Of a stretch of 51,484 nucleotides of DNA, positions 1-8,687 are shown piece after piece (the stretch's first letter is position 1; each line of letters starts with the position of its first letter). Source of the stretch: Chloroflexota bacterium (GTDB lineage Bacteria; Chloroflexota; Dormibacteria; Aeolococcales; Aeolococcaceae); assembly GCA_034666465.1 (NCBI GenBank), contig JAXDLT010000134.1:1-51484 (forward strand), read 5' to 3'. Both the position numbers and the translations under genes were made by a program. The notes under the pieces are model-generated. The model worked only from the letters and a program-made list of their open reading frames with translations, was not told the DNA's origin and searched no databases.

Positions 1-450
1 GGCTGGACCCGGTTTTCCACCATGCAGAACCACTACAACCTGCTCTACCGCGAGGAGGAGCGCGAGATGCTCCCGCTCTGCGCCGACCAGGGCGTCGGGG
101 TCATCCCGTGGAGCCCGCTCGCCCGCGGCCGGCTCACCAGGGACTGGGACGCCACCACCGCGCGCAGCGAGATCGACATGTGGGGCGACCTCTACCAGGA
201 GACCGACCGCGTCATCGTCGAGCGCGTGGCCGAGGTCGCCGAGAAGCGCAGTGTTCCCCGCGCGCAGGTCGCGCTGGCCTGGCTGCTGAGCAACCCGACC
301 GTCACGGCTCCGATCGTCGGCGTCACCAAGGTCGGGCACCTCGACGACGCGGTCGCCGCCGTCGACCTGGAACTCGACGCCGCCGAGATCGCCTTGCTCG
401 AGGAGCCCTACCAGCCGCACACAGTAGGACGTTACCTTCGTACCGCCTAG
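1..450 (+). CDS. Aldo/keto reductase (YajO-like), 5' end outside window
   Basis: Open from base 1 (GWTRFSTMQNHYNLLYREEERE); AKR motifs QNHYNLLYR, PWSPLARG, AQVALAWLL, APIVG; stop TAG at 448-450. Confidence 0.92.
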   Translation, partial: GWTRFSTMQNHYNLLYREEEREMLPLCADQGVGVIPWSPLARGRLTRDWDATTARSEIDMWGDLYQETDRVIVERVAEVAEKRSVPRAQVALAWLLSNPTVTAPIVGVTKVGHLDDAVAAVDLELDAAEIALLEEPYQPHTVGRYLRTA

Positions 451-811
451 TCTGGGTTCCCGCCTTCAGTGTCGAGTCGCGCGCGCTAAACTCGGCGAGC
501 TGGCTCCGAGGTAGACGTGCGCACCGTGGCCTGGGCCATAGAGCCCTTCCTAGGTTGGGTCCACGTCCCTGCCCGGGAAGAGGCCGGTCACGGTCGGCGT
601 GCTGGTGGGGACTACAGAATCTGAGAATTGGCCGAAGGTGGACGCAGTCCGCGACGGTTTCGGAGTGGCGCGCGGTCTGGCTAGGCGGCGAGACCGCCTG
701 CACCGGTCAGCTGCGGCTCCCCCCCTCTAACTATAACTAGCCCCGATCATTCACGCCACGAGGTGATCTGAGCGGAGCCCTTCAGCAGAAGTGCCCTCTG
801 GCAAGGGAAAC

Positions 812-1250
812 GTGCGCCACGAACGCGAAGGAGGACCCTGATGAGGTAACGGGGAGTTTCTGGCTGCAGTGCTGCACGGGAGATGGAGGAACCGACCCTC
901 CGCAGTCGCCCTGCAGGGGGAGGCTGCAAACCACCGCCAGGTGCGTCGGTTAAGAGCCGGGGTGCTGAGCGTGGCGGGAAAAGGCGCGGCTTGATCGCGT
1001 CAGGTGTGGGCCACGAAGGCGAGCGAAAGCGATACCGCTGATGACGTGTCGAAATGCCATGAACGGCATCGAAACCAGGGTGAGTTTCCTGTCCTGGGAT
1101 GAGCCTGGGAGATACCTGCTTACAGCCCAGGTGGTGCCCGGCATGAAGGCCGCGCGAGCGTGGTCTGGGCTTCCGTGTGGAACGTGGGAACGTGTCGCCC
1201 CGATGCACCGGCGGGCCGGAGGTGGCCGGCCGGGACAGGGAGACCCCCCC
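812..1250 (+). mobile_element. Group II intron 5' fragment (domain I and start of domain II); no RT ORF or domain V found
   Basis: Starts GTGCG at 812. EBS1 GTTTCC (1084-1089) lies in a CCAGG/CCTGG stem-loop (1075-1097) and is complementary to exon GGAAAC (806-811). EBS2 TGCCA (1055-1059) is complementary to TGGCA (799-803). Text such as GGAACGTGGGAAC resembles IIB introns. Right boundary approximate. Confidence 0.85.
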
Positions 1251-1286
1251 ACCCGAGCGCTGCGGATTCGGGCATCAGGTGCCGAC

Positions 1287-1316
1287 TTGCACTGAGTGTC
1301 ACCGGATGGTCATACT
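1287..1316 (+). promoter_or_regulatory. Putative sigma70 promoter with overlapping TetR-type operator
   Basis: TTGCAC (1287-1292), 18 bp spacer, CATACT (1311-1316); palindrome CACT-G-AGTG (1290-1298) overlaps the -35; GTG at 1325 sits at a leaderless-start distance. Confidence 0.55.
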
Positions 1317-1324
1317 CGCATGCC

Positions 1325-1501
1325 GTGAGCGAGGGGCGATCGGGCCGGGTCGGGCGGGACGGACTCCGCGAACGCCACCGCCTGCGCACCGAGGCCGCCC
1401 TCCGAGAGGCCCCCGGAGCCACCGGGCCTGCTGGGGAGAACACCGCGGATGTGCTGACTGAGGCATGTGTCCGCGCCGCGCACGAGGAGGGATGGCGATG
1501 A
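1325..1501 (+). pseudogene. N-terminal stub of a TetR-family regulator (HTH missing), 58-aa ORF
   Basis: VSEGRSGRVGRDGLRERHRLRTEAALREA resembles the GLRERKK..T..AL start of actinobacterial TetRs; similarity ends near 1410; its TGA overlaps the P450 ATG (ATGA 1498-1501). Confidence 0.6.
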
Positions 1502-2745
1502 CCACGACGGTGCCCGCGGCCGATGCGCTCCACCGGGTGATGGCCACGGCGGAGGGCTGGGCCGACCCCTACCCGCTCTACCGTCAGCTCCTGGAGCAGG
1601 CGGACGTGTACCGCAGCGAGCACGACGACCTGTGGTATGCGTTCCGCCATCGGACCTGCCGGCAGGTGCTCCAGGACAATCGCCTCGGTCACGACAGCAC
1701 ACGGCCGCTGCGCCGCCCGGGCATGGGCGAGGTTCGGTCGCCGCGTCTGCGCGAGCACTTCGAACGGCGCCGGAGAAACGGACTGTCGATGGTGACAGCG
1801 AACCCGCCCGACCACACGCGGCTGCGAGGTCTGGTGAACCGGGCGTTCACCCCGCGCCGGGTCGAGGGGCTGCGGGACCGGATCACCGAGCTGGTCGACC
1901 AGCACCTCGACCGTATCGCCGAGGCGGGCTCCGCCGATGTGATGGCGGATCTCGCGCTCCCTCTCCCGGTCAGCGTCATCAGCGAGCTGGTGGGCATTCC
2001 CGAGGAGGGTCGTGCGCTGTTCCATCCGCTGCTGCTCGACGGCCGGCTCGAGGACGGCCGCGAGCCGACCGACGAGCAGTTGCGCGAGGTCGACATCTCC
2101 TTCGAGGAGCGGAACACCTTCTTTCGGAGCCTGATCGAGCACCGGCGGTCCATCCCCCAGGACGACATGCTCTCGGCGCTCGTCGCCGTGCGGGACGGAG
2201 ACGATGGACGCCTCTCCGAGGCCGAGCTCATGGCCACGGTCTTCCTGCTCTACTTCGCAGGCTTCGTCACCACGACGAACCTGATCGGCAACGGGTTGCT
2301 CGCGCTGTTCCAGCATCCTGGGGAGATGGCCCGCCTCTGGGCGGACGGCAACCTCGTGCCCTCGGCGGTCGAGGAGATGCTGCGGTACGACTCTCCCGTG
2401 CAGTTCGTGACTCGCGAGGTCCTCGAGGCGGCCGAGGTCGACTCCGTCGCCCTCGCACCCGGCGAGGCCGTGGTCGCGGTGCTCGGCGCCGCCAACCGCG
2501 ACCCCGCACACTTCCCCGAGCCGGACCGCTTCGATGTCGGGCGCACCGACAACCATCCCCTGAGCTTCGGCGCGGGAATTCACTTCTGTCTGGGGGCACC
2601 GCTGGCGCGTCTCGAGGCGCAGGTGGTCTTCGCGCGGATGCGCGAGCGGTTCACCCACCTGGAGCCCCTCGTCGACGAGCCGCCTCGAGCACGCGGGTTC
2701 CTGCGCGGCCTCCAGTCGCTGCCCGTCCGGATTCGGATTCGCTGA
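1498..2745 (+). CDS. Cytochrome P450
   Basis: RBS GAGGAGG 1484-1490; NPPDHTRLR, I-helix AGFVTT, ExxR (EEMLRY), heme motif FGAGIHFCLG. Confidence 0.97.
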   Translation: MTTTVPAADALHRVMATAEGWADPYPLYRQLLEQADVYRSEHDDLWYAFRHRTCRQVLQDNRLGHDSTRPLRRPGMGEVRSPRLREHFERRRRNGLSMVTANPPDHTRLRGLVNRAFTPRRVEGLRDRITELVDQHLDRIAEAGSADVMADLALPLPVSVISELVGIPEEGRALFHPLLLDGRLEDGREPTDEQLREVDISFEERNTFFRSLIEHRRSIPQDDMLSALVAVRDGDDGRLSEAELMATVFLLYFAGFVTTTNLIGNGLLALFQHPGEMARLWADGNLVPSAVEEMLRYDSPVQFVTREVLEAAEVDSVALAPGEAVVAVLGAANRDPAHFPEPDRFDVGRTDNHPLSFGAGIHFCLGAPLARLEAQVVFARMRERFTHLEPLVDEPPRARGFLRGLQSLPVRIRIR

Positions 2746-2766
2746 GCTCGTGTCCGACAGATCGCC

Positions 2767-4290
2767 GTGAAGAAACGCGACCGGGTGCTCCAGGTGGCCG
2801 GCGTCCTCGGCGAGCTGCTGGCCGGTGAGACTCGCCTGCGGTGGCACAGGGGCCGTAACGGGTCGGCCGACCCGGAGGTCTTCGAACGCAAGCGAGCTCA
2901 GGCGCTCCGGCAGACCCTCGAGCAGCTCGGCCCGCTCTACATCAAGGTCGGGCAGGTGCTCTCCACACGGCCCGACATCGTCTCCCAGGCAGTGATCGAC
3001 GCCCTCCAGGACCTGCACGAACAGGTGATGCTCCGGCCCTTCTCGGAGTTCGAGCCGGTCCTCGAGGCCAACCTGGGAAGCGACTGGCGCAGCGGCTTCC
3101 GAGAGGTCGACACGGCGCAGCCCCTCGGCGCCGCCTCCATCGCCCAGGTCTACCGGGCGGTGCGGGAGGATGGCACGGAGCTGGCGATCAAGATCCAGCG
3201 GCCGGGGGTGGCAGCGGCCGCACGCCTGGACATGGAGATCCTCGCTCAGGCGGTGAAGCTGGTGATGAGGCTGACGCCCCAGCTGGCCGAGATCTTCCAA
3301 CCCGAGGCCATGCTGGAGGTCATCTTCTCCGCGATGCGCCCCGAGATCGACTTCACCATCGAGGCCCGCAACATGGAGGAGTTTCGGGACCTTCTCAAGA
3401 ACAACGCTCACCTCCAGGTTCCCGACGTGATCCGGGTCACCAGGGAGGTGCTGGTCATGTCGAAGGCCCCGGGCACCTCGATCCGCGAGTGCCGCCTGGA
3501 CGACTTCACGCAGAACGAGCGCGAGGAGATCGGCCGCGCCATCGCGACGATGGTCTTCCGGGGGTTCATGGTCGACGGGGTCTTCCATGCCGATCCCCAT
3601 CCCGGGAACGTCTTCGTGGCCCCGGGGGAACCGGCCACCATCATCGACTTCGGGATCATCGGGCGGATCGACCGACGCATGTCACTCGGCTACACCCGGT
3701 TCATGCTGGCCATGGCTCTGAACGACGGCGAGGCTGCGGGCCGCGCCGCGGTGGAGATGGCCACACTCACCTCACGCTCCGACGTGCCCGGGTTCCTCGG
3801 AGACATGCAGCGGTACATCCCCACCATGGCCAAGATGTCCCTCAACGACATGGAGTTCGGGAACAACTTCAACCAGTTCCTGACCTTCTACTCGAAGCGG
3901 GGCATCGCCGTGAACCCCGCCGTCGCCCTCTTCGGCAAGGCCTCGGCCAACATGGAGGGCTCGCTGCGGCGCATCGCGCCCGAGCTGGCGCCCTTCGACG
4001 TGTTCCGGGACACGATGGGGGCGATCCTGCGCGACCAGGCCAAGCAGATGCACTCCGGCGGAGAGCTGCTGCGCATCGCCAATGAAAGCCTGATGGCAGG
4101 CCATGCGATCCCCGAACAGCTGCGCTACCTGGCCAACTCGATCGTCAACGGGCAGTACGTGCTCCGCATCCGGGACGACGCCCTGATCACCCACCAGGCG
4201 CGCGAGGACGCCAGGGCCAGGGCCATGCGCCGCACCCTGTGGGGGATCGCCGCCGTGGCGCTCTGGCTCGACCACCGGCGGCGGCGGTAG
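2767..4290 (+). CDS. ABC1/AarF/UbiB family atypical kinase
   Basis: YIKVGQ (KxGQ), GAASIAQV A-rich loop, AIKIQRP, HADPHPGN, IDFG; C-terminal hydrophobic helix. Confidence 0.96.
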   Translation: MKKRDRVLQVAGVLGELLAGETRLRWHRGRNGSADPEVFERKRAQALRQTLEQLGPLYIKVGQVLSTRPDIVSQAVIDALQDLHEQVMLRPFSEFEPVLEANLGSDWRSGFREVDTAQPLGAASIAQVYRAVREDGTELAIKIQRPGVAAAARLDMEILAQAVKLVMRLTPQLAEIFQPEAMLEVIFSAMRPEIDFTIEARNMEEFRDLLKNNAHLQVPDVIRVTREVLVMSKAPGTSIRECRLDDFTQNEREEIGRAIATMVFRGFMVDGVFHADPHPGNVFVAPGEPATIIDFGIIGRIDRRMSLGYTRFMLAMALNDGEAAGRAAVEMATLTSRSDVPGFLGDMQRYIPTMAKMSLNDMEFGNNFNQFLTFYSKRGIAVNPAVALFGKASANMEGSLRRIAPELAPFDVFRDTMGAILRDQAKQMHSGGELLRIANESLMAGHAIPEQLRYLANSIVNGQYVLRIRDDALITHQAREDARARAMRRTLWGIAAVALWLDHRRRR

Positions 4291-4295
4291 ATGTG

Positions 4296-5006
4296 TCACG
4301 GACCTGCGGGTGTGCGTCTCCGCTTCGCGCGCCGGTGAGAAGCCTCGCCATCGGGTCGTTCCCTGTCGGCCACGAGCCCGTACAGGACGAGGTCGGCCGC
4401 CGCCTCGGCGAAGCTCTCGACCGCCTCCTCACTGACCGCCTCCTCGCCGAGCACCCGCCCGATCACCGGTGCCATGAGGAAGAAGAACACCGGGAGGGCA
4501 GCGAAGCTGTAGACGAGCGCACGCGCGTCGAGCGGCCGGAAGGCCCCCGAGCGCACCCCCTCCTCGACGGTCGCCTCCACCGCCCGGAGGTGGGCCAGCC
4601 CGAGGGCGGCGATGTAGCGGTCGGCCTGGGGGCCGCGCTCGAGCAGGACCTGCCCGATCAGCATGCGTGGCAGATGACGGCGCTCCCGCAGGGCCAGGAT
4701 CGGATCCCGCACCAGGCGCCGCACCTGGTCGGTGAGAGTGCCCTCGCGCCGGGTCATCGCCTCGAGCACCTGCCGCAGCTCAGCCAGGGCGTCCTCGAGG
4801 GCTGCGGTCAGGAGCCCCTCCCTGCTCTCGAAGTAGTAGTTGACGAGGGCGACGTCACACCCCGCTCGGTCGGCGACCTCCCGCACCGTGAGACGCCCGG
4901 CTGGACGGTCGGCCAGGATGGCCTGAGCCGCCTCGATCAGGGCTCGGCGAGCGTCGCCCTGTGGGCGCCGGCCTCGGCGGGGGCTGCGGGGGTCGCCGGT
5001 GACCAT
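4296..5006 (-). CDS. TetR/AcrR family transcriptional regulator
   Basis: HTH LTVREVADRAGCDVALVNYYFESREGLL; C-terminal EEGVRSGAFRPLD motif; ATG at 5006 preferred over the longer ORF start. Confidence 0.93.
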   Translation of the reverse strand: MVTGDPRSPRRGRRPQGDARRALIEAAQAILADRPAGRLTVREVADRAGCDVALVNYYFESREGLLTAALEDALAELRQVLEAMTRREGTLTDQVRRLVRDPILALRERRHLPRMLIGQVLLERGPQADRYIAALGLAHLRAVEATVEEGVRSGAFRPLDARALVYSFAALPVFFFLMAPVIGRVLGEEAVSEEAVESFAEAAADLVLYGLVADRERPDGEASHRRAKRRRTPAGP

Positions 5007-5059
5007 CGGTGACACTGTAGAGCGGTGGGTGCACCCGTGGGCTGTCGGAGTCCCGGGGC

Positions 5060-5091
5060 TTGACTCCCTCACCTCCTTCAACATACGTTGA
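5060..5091 (+). promoter_or_regulatory. Promoter and palindromic operator for the two small genes (probable TetR site)
   Basis: TTGACT (5060-5065), 18 bp spacer, TACGTT (5084-5089); palindrome TCAAC-N4-GTTGA (5078-5091) overlaps the -10, in the divergent intergenic region. Confidence 0.7.
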
Positions 5092-5136
5092 GGATCGTCG
5101 CCGCCCACCTGTCAGGGCGGCGGGAAAGGAGGCGCC

Positions 5137-5379
5137 ATGGCCCCGCGGAAGCGCAAGAGCATCATCGACCGATGGCAGACGGTCATCGACGAGACGAAGG
5201 GCCTCGTCGATGACCAGATCGCCCGGCTCCGGAGCGAGGATGAGGAGGACGAGTTGGAGGAGGGCGTGAAGGAGTTGAAGCAGGCGGTGAGCGATCTGAA
5301 CGCCAAGCTCGACCGGCTCGCCCGGGAGGCGGCAGCACACGACACGGTGCCAGGGAAATCGACGTCGAAGACCGCGTAG
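5137..5379 (+). CDS. Small helical/coiled-coil protein, paralog 1 (80 aa, possibly phasin-like)
   Basis: RBS AAGGAGG; shares WQTV..ETKGLVDD.I.R.RS.DE and ELK.A..DLN.K.DRL with the next ORF. Confidence 0.85.
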   Translation: MAPRKRKSIIDRWQTVIDETKGLVDDQIARLRSEDEEDELEEGVKELKQAVSDLNAKLDRLAREAAAHDTVPGKSTSKTA

Positions 5380-5448
5380 GCGAGTATTCCAGAGCGCCCA
5401 CGACGGGCATCCGCGGACTGGTTCCACGACATCGGAGAGGAATGGGAC

Positions 5449-5673
5449 ATGGCCAAGAAGACGCAGAACAGGCGTGACAGCATGCTCGACTGGTGGCAGA
5501 CGGTCCTCAACGAGACAAAGGGGCTGGTGGACGACGGCATCGACCGCTTCCGGTCCAAGGACGAGGACGAGGGAGACGACGAGCTGCGCCGCGACATTGC
5601 CGAATTGAAGAAGGCCCTGGCCGACCTCAACACCAAGGTGGACCGGCTCGTCGCCAGCAGCGCTGCGAAGTAG
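5449..5673 (+). CDS. Small helical/coiled-coil protein, paralog 2 (74 aa)
   Basis: GAGGA upstream; clear paralog of 5137-5379. Confidence 0.85.
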   Translation: MAKKTQNRRDSMLDWWQTVLNETKGLVDDGIDRFRSKDEDEGDDELRRDIAELKKALADLNTKVDRLVASSAAK

Positions 5674-5678
5674 GTCAG

Positions 5679-6203
5679 CGGCCCGCGGCTCGTCTCGAGG
5701 TGGTTCGCCAAGCGCTCAGTCGCATCGGTGCCGAGTACGAGCAGGAGAAGGAGAAGGTCCTCCTTCAGGCCCGGTTGGTCGAGCAGACCCCTTCCCTGCT
5801 CGGGGCCTTCCTGGCTTCCTACGCCGGATTCGAGACGACGATCACCGGCGCCGTGGCCCGGCTGACCGACAGCGATCCGCAACGGGACGTCTATCCCACC
5901 CTGGTGGCTGCCACCACCCTGGCCACGATGCGCACGGCACTGGCGATATGGTGTGCAGGGGGCGGCCGTGCGCACCTGCCCACGCTCCTCGACCAGAGCT
6001 TCGCAATGCTGACGACAGGGCTGCGACGTCCGCCTGCACAGCAGCAGAACGGGCCGCAGGCGATGACGTTTCCGGATGCGGGTGGCGTGAGCACCCCATG
6101 CACATTTCCCTCGACCTGGGGGAACACACCGTCGCCGGGCAGAAGATCGGGTGGTTCGGCTCCCCGGCGCCGGGGCGCCCCAGGCGCCACCCGCAGGGAC
6201 TGA
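5679..6203 (+). pseudogene. C-terminal ligand-binding remnant of a TetR (MftR-like C-terminal domain), no HTH
   Basis: RPAARLEVVRQAL...LVEQTPSL...AVARLTDSDPQRDVYPTLVAATTLATMRTALAIW...LLDQSFAMLTTGL resembles actinobacterial TetR C-domains; stop lies 2 nt before the MFS ATG. Confidence 0.65.
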
Positions 6204-6205
6204 TC

Positions 6206-8107
6206 ATGGCCTCCGGCACCCCCGCCGCGGTTGAGGACACGGCCCGGAGCGACGGCTCGGCTTCCCGCCCCGGCGCCGAGACGAGCAGTCGACGGGCTCG
6301 CCCGCAGGCGGCTGCCCGTCCGGCCACCGCCCCGCCACGGGCAGCACACGAGCGAACACGCCGCGCAGCGGCCGGGCAACGCACCGAGAGCGGTGGCTGG
6401 CTGCTCCCGCTGGTGGTGGTGGTGGTGGGGATGTTCATGTCCATCCTCGACACCAGCATCGTCAACGTCGCCACCCCGGCCGTCTCCCGAGAGTTCGGCG
6501 CCACCACCGACCAGGTTCAATGGATCGCCACCGCCTACAACCTGACCCTCGGCGTGGTCGTGCCGGTGAGCGGCTGGCTCGGGGATCGCTACGGTCTCGA
6601 GCGCGTCTACACCATCGCGCTCGTCGGCTTCGCCCTGGGCTCGGCCCTGTGCGGACTCGCCTGGAACCTCAACGTGCTCATCCTCTTCCGCATCCTCCAG
6701 GCCATCGGTGGCGGGGTGCTGCCGGCGATCACCATGGCGATGGTCTACCGCATCGTCCCCAGAGAGAAGATCGGGGTCGCCATGGGGCTCTATGGTCTGG
6801 GTGTCCTCTTCGCGCCGGCGGTGGGCCCCACCCTCGGCGGGTATCTCATCGAGTACGTGAACTGGCGGCTCATCTTCACCATCAACGTTCCCGTCGGCGT
6901 GGTCGGCGTGGTGGTGGCCATCATGGTGCTGCCGCGCTTCCCGCGCCGCGCCAAGGAGAGATTCGACGCACTCGGCTTCGCCACCGTCGCGACCGGCCTG
7001 TTCGCCCTCCTGCTGGCGCTGTCCGAGGGCCAGTCATGGGGCTGGTCGTCCTACCGCATCCTCATCCTCACCGCCATCGGCGCCTTCAGCCTGGCGCTCT
7101 TCACGGTGATCGAGCTCTCCGTCGAGCAGCCGCTGATCGACCTGCGCGTGTTCCGCTACACAACGTTTCTCAACTCCACGGCCATCATCGGTGTGCTCAG
7201 CGTCGGTCTCTTCGCCGGCTTCTTCTATGTGCCCCTCTTCCTCCAGGAGGGACAGGGGTTGGGAGCGCTGCAGGCGGGGGTGATGCTCCTCCCCGAGGCG
7301 CTGGTGATGGGGCTGATGATGCCGATCAGCGGAAAGCTCTACGACCTCATCGGCGCGCGCTGGCCGGGTGCGCTGGGCCTGGTCGTCGTCTCGGTCGGCA
7401 CCTATCTGATGCACAGCATCAGCCTGTCGACGCCGAGACTGGAGATCGTGCTGTGGATGGTGATCCGCAGCGCGGGGTTGGGCCTGGCGATGATGCCGGT
7501 GATGACCGGCGGCATGACGGCCATCCCTCCCGAGCTGACGGCGCGGGCGAGCGCGATGAGCAACATCGTCCAGCGCGTCGCGGGCGCGCTCGGGCTGGCC
7601 CTGCTCACCGCCGTCCTGGTGTCACACCAGGACCAGCAGGCAGCGGGCCGGGCGGCGTTGATGCCAGCCGACCTGTCCCCGTACCAGTCCATCGGTGCTC
7701 AGGGACAGAGCGGCGTGCTCGGCCTCTACAACAGCGTCCAGCTCCAGTCCTTCGGCGGCGCCATCGCCGACGTGCTGCTGCTCACCGCCGGGACGAGCGC
7801 GATCTGTGTTCTGCTCGCGCTGATGATGCCAAGCCGACCTTCGGGCAAGGCCATGGACATCATGGCGGCCAGCGAGGCCTCCCCTGCCGACGGCGCGAAC
7901 GTCGATGGTGGTGGACACGACGCGAGAGCCGCGGCCGAAGAGGTCAATGGTCACGCGAGGGCTGCGCCCGCCTCGCCGTTGGGCCCGAAGACGTCCCGGA
8001 GTGCGAATGGCGCAACCGTGAGGGTGCGGCCCACAGTGGGCGGCAACAGCGTCACGCTCCCGCGGAAGGAGCGTGGGCAACGCCTCGGACGGCCATCCCA
8101 GCGATAG
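6206..8107 (+). CDS. DHA2 (EmrB/QacA) family MFS efflux pump
   Basis: MFMSILDTSIVNVA, WIATAYNL, GWLGDRYG motif A, APAVGPTLGG, WRLIFTINVP, EQPLIDLRVF. Confidence 0.95.
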   Translation: MASGTPAAVEDTARSDGSASRPGAETSSRRARPQAAARPATAPPRAAHERTRRAAAGQRTESGGWLLPLVVVVVGMFMSILDTSIVNVATPAVSREFGATTDQVQWIATAYNLTLGVVVPVSGWLGDRYGLERVYTIALVGFALGSALCGLAWNLNVLILFRILQAIGGGVLPAITMAMVYRIVPREKIGVAMGLYGLGVLFAPAVGPTLGGYLIEYVNWRLIFTINVPVGVVGVVVAIMVLPRFPRRAKERFDALGFATVATGLFALLLALSEGQSWGWSSYRILILTAIGAFSLALFTVIELSVEQPLIDLRVFRYTTFLNSTAIIGVLSVGLFAGFFYVPLFLQEGQGLGALQAGVMLLPEALVMGLMMPISGKLYDLIGARWPGALGLVVVSVGTYLMHSISLSTPRLEIVLWMVIRSAGLGLAMMPVMTGGMTAIPPELTARASAMSNIVQRVAGALGLALLTAVLVSHQDQQAAGRAALMPADLSPYQSIGAQGQSGVLGLYNSVQLQSFGGAIADVLLLTAGTSAICVLLALMMPSRPSGKAMDIMAASEASPADGANVDGGGHDARAAAEEVNGHARAAPASPLGPKTSRSANGATVRVRPTVGGNSVTLPRKERGQRLGRPSQR

Positions 8108-8129
8108 CGCTTCCACTTCCGGAGCGCCG

Positions 8130-8687
8130 TTACCCGCCGATCGCTGTGACCCACCCGTCGACGGTGACGACCTCCGCCTGCCGGGGGAACACCTTCTCGG
8201 TGAGCACCCGGTGCACCTCGGGGTCGGCGTCGATGCAGCCGTCCGCGAGGACGGTGAGGCCGAAGTCCAGATCGGCGGCCTGGCGCAGGGTGGACAGGAC
8301 GACACCGCTGGTGGCGATGCCGGTGAGGACCAGGCTGTCGATGTCGCCCGCCCTGAGCACCACGTCGAGGTCGCTGCCCGAGAACGCGCTGACCCGCCTC
8401 TTCGTGACCACGATGTCTCCGGAGCGGGGCGCGACGTCGGGGTGGATCTGGGCGTCGGGGTCGCCCTCGACGAACCCGCCGCCGCGCGTGACCGCGCTGA
8501 AGGTCCGGTTGCGGGCGCTGACCTCCGGGTGCCCGGTGCGGAAACCGATGACCACGTAGATCACCGGCACGCCGGCTGCCCGGGCGGCGTCGACGGCGCC
8601 GCGCAGGCGCGGCAGGTATCCGGCGTCCTCGGTGCGGGCCACGATGGCCCGCTGGACGTCCATTACGAGGAGGGCGCTTTTCGCCAT
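8130..8687 (-). CDS. Isochorismatase-family cysteine hydrolase
   Basis: ALLVMDVQ, KRRVSAFSGSDLD, LTGIATSGVVLST; ATG at 8687. The position of the usual catalytic Cys reads SGVV. Confidence 0.9.
   Translation of the reverse strand: MAKSALLVMDVQRAIVARTEDAGYLPRLRGAVDAARAAGVPVIYVVIGFRTGHPEVSARNRTFSAVTRGGGFVEGDPDAQIHPDVAPRSGDIVVTKRRVSAFSGSDLDVVLRAGDIDSLVLTGIATSGVVLSTLRQAADLDFGLTVLADGCIDADPEVHRVLTEKVFPRQAEVVTVDGWVTAIGG

Noticed and set aside
728-737. TAACTATAAC, matching the start of the I-CeuI/23S rRNA site
   Set aside because: Only 10 nt match and the flanks show no rRNA similarity.
747-1208. 153-aa minus-strand ORF and other ORFs over 812-1300
   Set aside because: Spurious translations of the group II intron RNA domain.
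6410-6427. (GTG)n simple repeat
   Set aside because: Encodes a Val run in the first TM helix of the MFS; in frame, so not a phase-variation tract.
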